Source of the DNA: Promethearchaeota archaeon
Lineage (GTDB): Archaea > Asgardarchaeota > Hermodarchaeia > Hermodarchaeales > Hermodarchaeaceae
Reading direction: 5' to 3'
DNA length: 64,000 nt
Assembly (NCBI GenBank): GCA_048938385.1
Contig: JBHLMG010000003.1
Location: 1-64,000, forward strand
Shown here one piece after another: positions 56,469-64,000 of the stretch (position 1 is its first letter; each line of letters starts with the position of its first letter). The position numbers were made by a program, and so were the translations under genes. The notes under the pieces are model-generated. The model searched no databases and was not told the origin of the DNA. It saw only the letters and a list, made by a program, of their open reading frames with translations.

Positions 56469-57218
56469 CTATCTGGAGCCTTGGTAGCGTCGTCGAAGAA
56501 TGATACCTACACCTAATGCACAGGCTAAAGCTATACCAAGTGCGACCAAGGGGAGGTAAGGTCCCAAATCGAATATAGGGAATCCAGGGTTCGTTCCCGG
56601 TGTCGGTGTGATGTCAATAGAATCACTCACTGTAATGTTATCAAGTCCCTCACCAGGTCCTGAGAGTAGATGAAAGTAGAGGGAAGTTGGAATCCGATTA
56701 TCCACTGTTTCAATCCGCAATGTATCATTAATGTATACGCGGATAAGCCCGGCATCATCCCGGGTTATGTCGACATGTTGCCACCCTGCCATTATGAATG
56801 GTGGGAAATAGTCACCAATACAATCGTCATAGTTATCCAACCAGTACATGAGTTCAAACCCGTTACGACTGACTTTCAGGTCGTACCCAGTAATGGGGTA
56901 GAATATGAAGGATTCACAAAAGAAACAGACATGCACTCCGCTTGATCCTGAATTAATGATGAGGAGGTCAAAACTCCAGGTCCCCACTGTGACCGTACTT
57001 GGACGGTGGATGGTGCTCGAATACTGAGTGGAAATGAGGTTGTTCTCTGCGCACGAAAAGCTGCCGTAGGTTACGGTCCAGCCATCGTAATTTCCATCAT
57101 CGAAGGTATCCGCCCAAACAAGTGTTGCTGAAGCTGAATCCTTGATTAGTACTAATGAGAGAAGGAGGAGGATGCTAGTTAGTGTGAAGAAGGTGGAGCT
57201 ATTTCGGAATCGACTCAC
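56469..57218 (-). CDS. Secreted beta-sandwich (ConA/LamG-like) protein with C-terminal TM anchor
   Basis: Signal peptide, WADTFDDGNYDGWTV, WQHVDITRD..IRVYIN, LDNITV, Pro/Thr linker, TM plus RRR. Confidence 0.75.
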   Translation of the reverse strand: MSRFRNSSTFFTLTSILLLLSLVLIKDSASATLVWADTFDDGNYDGWTVTYGSFSCAENNLISTQYSSTIHRPSTVTVGTWSFDLLIINSGSSGVHVCFFCESFIFYPITGYDLKVSRNGFELMYWLDNYDDCIGDYFPPFIMAGWQHVDITRDDAGLIRVYINDTLRIETVDNRIPTSLYFHLLSGPGEGLDNITVSDSIDITPTPGTNPGFPIFDLGPYLPLVALGIALACALGVGIILRRRYQGSR

Positions 57219-57586
57219 CTTGAAAACTCCTAAAATTATACTGAGTTAGGTTAAGTTAAATTCCTTATGAAACCGGAAAATGAATGGCTTCTCTTTTTTG
57301 TAAAAATGCTTGAGGCCAAATTTGCCACAAGGTTTCGGAAAGTGATGGGTAGAAGTTATTGAGTCAGGTTAGTCCTGGGTAATCGACTCTTTGAAGTTCT
57401 TGTTAAGGCTAACCTACAAGTTCGTATAGTTTCCCTATGCCAAATAATACCACTTCAAAGGTTAAAGAAATTCACAACTTTGTCAACGCATTTTTTCTTC
57501 ATTAGTGAGACAACGGGAACAGTATAAAAGGCTAAAGTATGCCATAAAATGAGTTCTCAGAAAACCACGATGCATCGGGTGACGCT

Positions 57587-59905
57587 ATGGGATTCTTCTC
57601 CACTTTCTTGGGATTGCAGCTCCACGAGCAACTGATGATTTTCGTTGTTATTATTGCAGCCATCATCAGTCTGATTTACGCGCTATGGCTCCGTAGCGAT
57701 GTCCTTAAAGCAGACAAAGGCACTAAGAAAATGCAAGAAGTGTGGAACGCCATCAGAGAAGGCGCAAACGCCTACCTTCGTAGCCAACTCAAAACCATCC
57801 TTCCAATTATCGGCCTCCTCACCTTGGTTCTCTTTGCCTCTGTCTATATCGTTCCTCCTAGCCTCGAAGCTCAACATGTCTTCACCGGCTATCCACCACA
57901 GACCATCTCCCTTATCATCGCTAGCGGGCGTGCTGTAGCCTTCATCATGGGTGCTCTTTTCTCTCTCACCGTCGGTCAGCTCGGGATGCGGATTGCCATC
58001 GAATCCAATATCCGTGTAGCCTCCGCTTCCACCCGCAGCTATCGCGAAGCTCTCAAAGTTGCTTATCACGGTGGTACTTTTACGGGTATGCTTACTGATG
58101 GTCTCGGGCTCATGGGTGGCACTCTTATCTTCATGGTCTTCGGCATAAGCGCTCCCGACGCCCTACTCGGCTTTGGATTTGGTGGCACAATCCTCGCCCT
58201 CTTCATGCGAATTGGTGGTGGAATTTACACTAAAGCTGCAGATGTTGGTGCCGATCTCGTCGGTAAAGTAGAAGCGGACCTCCCTGAAGATGATCCTCGC
58301 AACGCCGCAGTCATTGCCGATCTCGTTGGTGATAATGTGGGAGATTGTGCTGGTATGGCGGCTGACATCTTCGAATCTTACGAAGTCACTATTGTTTCTT
58401 CTTTGATTCTTGGGATCGCACTCTATATTGCTAGTGGCTATACCCAAATCTTCTGGGTCGTTTTCCCTTTAGTCGTCCGTGCCATTGGCGTCATTAGCAG
58501 CATCATAGGCACCTTTATGGTTGCTGTCTGGAAAACCGAGAAAGCCGAAAAAGCCATGTTTTACAGTTATGAAGTTAGTAGTGCCGTCACGATCATTACC
58601 AGTTGCATCCTCGCTTTCATTTACACTGGTGATGTCCGCCTGGGCGTCCTCGTCGCGGTGGGCGTTCTCCTTGCTGTCAGCTTCAACCCTCTCACAAACT
58701 ATTTCACTAGTCATCGCCATCGTCCTGTAGAAGAAATTGTCAACCAGGCCCACGGTGGTCCCGCTACTATAGTTCTCAGTGGCATCAGCACCGGCTACGA
58801 AGCCGCTGTTTGGACGCTCATCGTCATTGTCGCCACATTCATCTTCGCCTACCTCATCGCCCCTCAATATGTCCTCTTCGGGATCGCTCTCATCGGTATT
58901 GGCATGTTAAGTCATACCGGCAACAATGTAGCAATGGACAGTTATGGGCCTATTGCCGATAATGCGGGTGGAATCGGGGAACTAGCGGAGATGCCTACGA
59001 ATGCCCGGAAGATCCTAGCAGATCTAGATGCTGTTGGGAATACCACCAAGGCGATCACGAAGAATGTGGCCATAGCCTCCGCGGTTATTGCGGCAAGTGC
59101 TCTCTTCTACAGCTTCGTTGTTGATGTGGGACGCGCCGCGGCAGCCGCAGGGGTCCCAAATCCCCTTGCTTTAGGAATTCGAATTGACAATCCGTTGGTG
59201 CTCTCAGGGCTTCTATTAGGGGCTGCGTTACCTTGGTTGTTCTCTGCCCTAGCGATTCGCTCTGTAAGCCGTGCCTCAGGTCAGATAATCACAGAGGTTC
59301 GAACGCAGCTAAAGATTCCAGGTGTAATGGAAGGAAAAACGAAGCCCAACTATGACCGAGTCGTCTCTATTACGACAGCCGCTGCGCAAAAAGAGTTGGT
59401 TAGCTTGACGGTATTAGCCGTAACCACACCAATCGTGATAGGTCTGCTACTCCAAGTGGAAGCCTTAGGTGGCTTCTTGTCTGGCTTAATTGCCTCTGGC
59501 CTGTTATTAGCGGTGTATATGTCTGTTGCTGGGGGCGCGTGGGATAACGCTAAAAAGTATATCGAAGATGAAGTATGTGCCCCCGAGGAAAATACTGGAA
59601 AAGGGTCCGACCGACATAAAGCCGCCGTGTGCGGTGACACCATCGGTGACCCCCTCAAGGACACGGCAGGTCCTGCGTTGAACCCCATGATCAAGGTTGT
59701 GAACCTAGTCAGCCTAATTGTAGCACCGATTCTGATCTCCTGGCGGTTCAGCAACTTCCTATTCCCGGCGTTTGACATCAACCTTTTCATCGTCAACCTA
59801 GCTTTGGCGCTGTTCGTCCTTCTCCTCGTATCTTTATTGATCTGGGCGTTCCGTCGTAGTCGACGCGGTTTGAAACCTATTGCCGAATGGGAAAGCAGAG
59901 ATTAG
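57587..59905 (+). CDS. hppA: Membrane-bound ion-translocating pyrophosphatase, predicted K+-independent H+ type
   Basis: GGGIYTKAADVGADLVGKVE, EDDPRN, DNVGD, GNTTKA, GGAWDNAKK, GDTIGDPLKDTAGP. Confidence 0.96.
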   Translation: MGFFSTFLGLQLHEQLMIFVVIIAAIISLIYALWLRSDVLKADKGTKKMQEVWNAIREGANAYLRSQLKTILPIIGLLTLVLFASVYIVPPSLEAQHVFTGYPPQTISLIIASGRAVAFIMGALFSLTVGQLGMRIAIESNIRVASASTRSYREALKVAYHGGTFTGMLTDGLGLMGGTLIFMVFGISAPDALLGFGFGGTILALFMRIGGGIYTKAADVGADLVGKVEADLPEDDPRNAAVIADLVGDNVGDCAGMAADIFESYEVTIVSSLILGIALYIASGYTQIFWVVFPLVVRAIGVISSIIGTFMVAVWKTEKAEKAMFYSYEVSSAVTIITSCILAFIYTGDVRLGVLVAVGVLLAVSFNPLTNYFTSHRHRPVEEIVNQAHGGPATIVLSGISTGYEAAVWTLIVIVATFIFAYLIAPQYVLFGIALIGIGMLSHTGNNVAMDSYGPIADNAGGIGELAEMPTNARKILADLDAVGNTTKAITKNVAIASAVIAASALFYSFVVDVGRAAAAAGVPNPLALGIRIDNPLVLSGLLLGAALPWLFSALAIRSVSRASGQIITEVRTQLKIPGVMEGKTKPNYDRVVSITTAAAQKELVSLTVLAVTTPIVIGLLLQVEALGGFLSGLIASGLLLAVYMSVAGGAWDNAKKYIEDEVCAPEENTGKGSDRHKAAVCGDTIGDPLKDTAGPALNPMIKVVNLVSLIVAPILISWRFSNFLFPAFDINLFIVNLALALFVLLLVSLLIWAFRRSRRGLKPIAEWESRD

Positions 59906-60066
59906 TACATTCCTGCTTGAAAAGCCAATAGTAGTTGACTTGATTACTCAGTGTGCGGCTCGTTACTGCCATGGTTTCAGCTTTTCAGAGCGCTCTCCTC
60001 TCATCACTTCATTCAGGTCCTACAAAGGCAAAGTTTTCTAAGGTTTGGGTGACCTATTACTAATGG

Positions 60067-60534
60067 GTGACTAAATTGGGTAAGAGATGGTCAGAAGCAG
60101 ACTTTTTCAAGAGAGTTTATGAGTTGTGGCCAGACACTATTGAAGACATCGAACAATATATGTCAAAATATCAAGACATGACTGATGATGATCGAAAAAA
60201 AGGTATGAAGGAGTTGGCGAAAAAAACCTGGAAATTCATTGGAGGAATCGATCTACTAGTTCCTGTCCTCAACAAACACTACAGAGAAACCGCTACTTTG
60301 TTAGAAAAACAAAAATCTGGACGCAATACCGACACTGAGGGAAGGTGGGAAGGAGTGAGTGGAATCCTGCTCAGTGCCTTCGCTTCCTTAAATCTCCTGG
60401 ATTACCAACGACTTACTTCAAACAAAGAGTGCAAAACGGCTCTTAAATCCTCGCAGTCAACAAAAGATGTGACAGATTTGAAACCACTGATTGATCTTAT
60501 AAAAAGGGATCTTAAGCGGGGACCTCCAAAATAA
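60067..60534 (+). CDS. Hypothetical protein
   Basis: Charged helical ORF; no family recognised. Confidence 0.65.
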   Translation: MTKLGKRWSEADFFKRVYELWPDTIEDIEQYMSKYQDMTDDDRKKGMKELAKKTWKFIGGIDLLVPVLNKHYRETATLLEKQKSGRNTDTEGRWEGVSGILLSAFASLNLLDYQRLTSNKECKTALKSSQSTKDVTDLKPLIDLIKRDLKRGPPK

Positions 60535-60675
60535 AAAAGAAATCTGCTCGACCCCCGATTCTGATTAGATACTAAATGTTGAGGGGAAACTCGTTTCATT
60601 AAAAATCCTGAAAATGAGCACTTGAGGTTGGACTTTCTAATGTGGCTTTTGAATTTGGAATGAAACCGGATGGGA

Positions 60676-60969
60676 TTATTCTTTTCGGATACCGAGTTCA
60701 TGGACTATCTGAGTTTTGTGTTTCTGCACAGTATTGGGGGATACTCCGGTAACCCAACCAACTTCAGAAAGGGTTCGTGGTTCTTCTTCCAGGATGCCAG
60801 CGATGTAGAGCGTAGCGGCGATAATTGCTTTTACTTTTTTTCTAGGCGAAAAGCTTGTGCTGGTAGTTTTCACGAAGATTTGTATAGCTCGCTTTTGTGT
60901 GGTGTGCGGCAAGTTCAGTTTGATTGCATATGCAGTTATTGCTAATTCAGTAGATTCAGGTTGCGGCAT
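60676..60969 (-). CDS. Stand-alone TFIIB/TFB cyclin-fold repeat protein
   Basis: AIIAATLYIA...RTLSEVGWVTGVSPNTVQK resembles the TFB C-terminal repeat and HTH. Confidence 0.7.
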   Translation of the reverse strand: MPQPESTELAITAYAIKLNLPHTTQKRAIQIFVKTTSTSFSPRKKVKAIIAATLYIAGILEEEPRTLSEVGWVTGVSPNTVQKHKTQIVHELGIRKE

Positions 60970-61088
60970 TTTGACCCAATGTGAGGCGGTTTTTTAGGCT
61001 TTTAAGAGCAATTATTTCGAGTTCATCAGGCTGAGACTTATGGCTTGGTTGGTAAGAGATATAACTTGAACTGCACTGAAGAGCAGAT

Positions 61089-61727
61089 ATGGATGAGTTC
61101 CATAAGGCTCGGTTAGCATGGGACAAACAGTTCGAAAGGGGGTATTTTCTCCACGAGCCAATTCAGCGGGAAATGCCAAGGATAACCCAACACCTCAGAA
61201 TCCAGGGAGTCCACCGGGTTTTAGATTTGGGATGTGGAAGTGGCCGACACACGGCTTATTTGGCTAAAGAAGGCTTTGCTGTTTTTGCCTTAGATATCGC
61301 TCCATCTGGACTTAGCGCTACTCTCCGAAAACTAGCTACTGAACGACTTACCGGTTATGTATTGCTTGCAGATATTCGACAACTACCCTTTGGTGCTGAA
61401 CTCTTCGATGCTATCATCAGTGTGAGAGTGATTCACCACAATCGTATTGCGTTAATTCACCAAACAGTTGAAGAAATGTGGCGTGTGCTTACACCACATG
61501 GGTTAGTGTGGGTTACTGTCCCCGTTCCTAAAGGGCATGGATCTAAGCATGGATTGGAAATTGAACCGGGCACCTGGGTACCACATCATGGAATCGAAAA
61601 GGGACTCCCGCATCATCTGTTCACTGAGGATGAATTGAAAGAATTGTTCCACCGCTTCTCAATTCTACAACTTCGCGTATTTGAAACAAGTCATTATTCA
61701 CTAATTGCCCAAAAACCATCAGAATGA
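61089..61727 (+). CDS. Class I SAM-dependent methyltransferase
   Basis: VLDLGCGSGRH, LPF..FDAII..VIHH, EMWRVL.P.G. Confidence 0.9.
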   Translation: MDEFHKARLAWDKQFERGYFLHEPIQREMPRITQHLRIQGVHRVLDLGCGSGRHTAYLAKEGFAVFALDIAPSGLSATLRKLATERLTGYVLLADIRQLPFGAELFDAIISVRVIHHNRIALIHQTVEEMWRVLTPHGLVWVTVPVPKGHGSKHGLEIEPGTWVPHHGIEKGLPHHLFTEDELKELFHRFSILQLRVFETSHYSLIAQKPSE

Positions 61728-61754
61728 CGCTTCAATCACAATCCAATGTTGACA

Positions 61755-62204
61755 TCATTGAAACGGGTGAGAAGTGTACCTTGATACATTATCTCGAAAC
61801 CAAATAGGGACTTTAGCGACATCAACCTTGTCGGAAAATGGCATATACGGTTTGATGTCCACAACAGGAGTGGCATCGTGGGCATCAATTTGATCAATAT
61901 AGATGCGGTGTGTTTCTTCGTCTATGCGTTGAATCGCGACAATAGATAAGCCAATGGGTGTGGGTCGGGCAGGCGAACGACTAGCAAACACCCCGGATAA
62001 TTTAGCGGCTTCTTGAGGGGGATAATCTTGCAGGTTTGCCCGACTTGTAGGATTATCATGTCCGGTTATCCACCAGAGGACGATGATGTGAGAAAACTGG
62101 TCTACCTGCAATGTTGCCTCCCAATATTGCGGCTCGATTTCGATGAAAATAAGACCATCATCGCGTTTCCGGATAAACCCAACAGTACTAGCGCAGAGAT
62201 TCAT
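61755..62204 (-). CDS. tsaA: tRNA t6A37 N6-methyltransferase TrmO/TsaA family
   Basis: FSHIIVLWW, GVFASRSPARPTPIGLS, IDAHDATPVVDIKPY, VPIWF. Confidence 0.88.
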   Translation of the reverse strand: MNLCASTVGFIRKRDDGLIFIEIEPQYWEATLQVDQFSHIIVLWWITGHDNPTSRANLQDYPPQEAAKLSGVFASRSPARPTPIGLSIVAIQRIDEETHRIYIDQIDAHDATPVVDIKPYMPFSDKVDVAKVPIWFRDNVSRYTSHPFQ

Positions 62205-62340
62205 GGAGCCTACTAGCGAACTTACTTCATAACAACTTTTCCGCCATTTTGTCAAAGAATAGAGGCGATGGATGCAAGGCTGCGCTCTTGGTTCTGCAAC
62301 TCTGTAAAGGTAAGACTAGTATTGATTGGCACGGGAGCTT

Positions 62341-62460
62341 TGGCGGATTCGACACCTCGGGAGTATAATGAAAACATCGGAGAGGGAATGGTTTTCTAGG
62401 GGGGAGAGAGGTGCCAATACTTCTCGCCGCTCCAGTGACCACAGATTAGCACTGAATGAC
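62341..62460. repeat. Dispersed intergenic repeat, copy B
   Basis: 44 of 50 nt identical to copy A from 62379 vs 30478, plus the shared upstream TGGCGGATT block. Confidence 0.85.
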
Positions 62461-62587
62461 CCTGTTCCTATCCGTATGTAAAATTCGAACAGGTAACATA
62501 TAAACGTATATACTGCCATCGAGCGAGCTACACACTTTTAAGCGGGATATTTTACTAGTCGCCTCACCGCTTCCGAGGTTGATCGTG

Positions 62588-63862
62588 TTGGTCGATTTTG
62601 CTCTTACCAAACGCGAACAAGAACTCTTAGACGCCGCGATGGCGTTTTCTAAGAAATGGATAGTTCCTTATGCTCGTGAACTGGAGGAGGCTGATGAATT
62701 TCCTTGGGAACTAGCCCAGAAAGCTTATGATGCTGGGCTGATGAACAGTCATATCCCCAAAGAGTATGGCGGACCTGCTCATTCAATGGTAGAGGAAACG
62801 CTCATTGGCGAAGCGCTGGGCTATGGTGATGGTGGAATTGCCACCACCATTCTGGCAAACAACCTCGCCTTAACCCCGCTCTTGCTCACAGCTACACCAG
62901 AACAAATGGAGAAATACATTAAACCCTTCGCCACAGGTAAAGAACCCCAATTTGCCGCTTTTTGTTTGACTGAACGCGAAGCTGGTTCCGATGCCGCTGC
63001 AGTAAAAACGACTGCAACGAAAGATGGCGATGAGTGGATCATAAATGGTCGCAAGTGCTTTAGTACCAATGGACATGTCGCCAAATACCATAGTGTGTTC
63101 ACTACCATTGATCCTTCCCAAGGGTACAAAGGCATGGCGGTTCACATGGTCGACTCCGATCTTCCCGGTGTCAAAATCGTCATGCTCGAAGACAAATTAG
63201 GACAACGAGCCAGCTTTCAAGCTGAAGTTGAATACAAGGATGTTCGTATCCCTGGTGACTGCCTCTTCGGTGAGGTCGGGAAGGGTTTCAAATATGCCAT
63301 GCAAACCCTTGACCGGACCCGAGCGGCAATTGCGGCTCTTGGTGTGGGAATTGCTCAACGTGCTGTTGATGAAGCCGCGATCTTTGCCAATCACCGTCGC
63401 CAGTTTGGGAAGCCTATTGGTGCCTATCAGGGAATCAGCTTCATGATTGCCGACATGGAATCGCGGGCTATGCACGCACGCTGGGCGACACGCTTTGCTG
63501 CCTGGCTCGTCGACAAAGGGCAGCGCAACACCAAGGAATCGAGCTGCGCCAAATTCTTCGCCACGGACGCTGCTATGCAAAATACCCTGGATTGCATCCA
63601 GATAATGGGAGGTTACGGGTACGCAAAGGAGTATCCCGCTGAACAAATGATGCGGGGTGCTAAGCTCACACAAATCTATGAAGGCACGAATCAAATTCAA
63701 CGGATGGTGGCTGGGCAGGCCATTCTCAAAGAAGCCCAGGTAACTGAGCTTGACACAGGATTCCGCCTACAGTATTCAGGCAATGATTACCCTGATCCCT
63801 GGGGGCCTCGTGAAGGTAAGGTTCCGGATCTTTGGGGTAAAGGGAAATCCAAGAAAAAATGA
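62588..63862 (+). CDS. Acyl-CoA dehydrogenase
   Basis: IPKEYGG, FCLTEREAGSD, INGRK, KLGQR, RRQFGKPI, QIMGGYGY, IYEGTNQIQR. Confidence 0.96.
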   Translation: MVDFALTKREQELLDAAMAFSKKWIVPYARELEEADEFPWELAQKAYDAGLMNSHIPKEYGGPAHSMVEETLIGEALGYGDGGIATTILANNLALTPLLLTATPEQMEKYIKPFATGKEPQFAAFCLTEREAGSDAAAVKTTATKDGDEWIINGRKCFSTNGHVAKYHSVFTTIDPSQGYKGMAVHMVDSDLPGVKIVMLEDKLGQRASFQAEVEYKDVRIPGDCLFGEVGKGFKYAMQTLDRTRAAIAALGVGIAQRAVDEAAIFANHRRQFGKPIGAYQGISFMIADMESRAMHARWATRFAAWLVDKGQRNTKESSCAKFFATDAAMQNTLDCIQIMGGYGYAKEYPAEQMMRGAKLTQIYEGTNQIQRMVAGQAILKEAQVTELDTGFRLQYSGNDYPDPWGPREGKVPDLWGKGKSKKK

Positions 63863-64000
63863 ATCACACAGTTTTTCTCGTTTTACTTTTCTTTTAGGTA
63901 ACTCGAGAAAGAATGTAAAATTTCACATCCAAGCGATTCTTGAAGAAAAAGAGGAAGTTGGAGCCGACGAGAAGTCTTTTCACGGTCGACTCCTTTTAAC

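Noticed and set aside
1-64000. tRNA/rRNA genes, transposases, integrases, prophage genes
   Set aside because: None recognised by eye; tRNAscan-SE and ISEScan would be needed to exclude them formally

Overview
Gene-dense archaeal chromosome segment. An Asgard archaeon is likely (inference): archaeal TATA/GGAGG-GGTGA signals, a Rab-like GTPase, a TPR-rich protein, a TFIIB-repeat protein and ubiquitin-type enzymes are present. Most of the window is metabolism and repair: prenyl/quinone genes, larBCE, malic enzyme, a PEPCK-like gene, ADP-forming acyl-CoA synthetase, uvrBAC, leuBCD-like genes, a GlcD/GlpC-like pair, a membrane pyrophosphatase and an acyl-CoA dehydrogenase. The standout is a ~9 kb locus at 14551-23638. 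It encodes a complete ubiquitin-like conjugation set: JAB peptidase, E1, E2, a Ubl ending in VG, a RING-like protein and a transglutaminase-fold enzyme. The Ubl-E2-RING-transglutaminase part is transcribed divergently from a translationally coupled operon for an SMC5/6-like ATPase, a kleisin candidate, a KITE (Nse1/Nse3-like) protein and a second, paralogous RING-like protein. Five SIM-like hydrophobic motifs recur in the disordered tails. The locus looks like a prokaryotic counterpart of the eukaryotic SMC5/6-Nse1/Nse2 ubiquitin/SUMO link. Non-coding items of note are a 10-bp tandem array, a dispersed intergenic repeat and a preQ1-like hairpin upstream of queT. No tRNA, rRNA, CRISPR array or transposase was recognised. 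All family calls come from reading motifs by eye, not from database searches.
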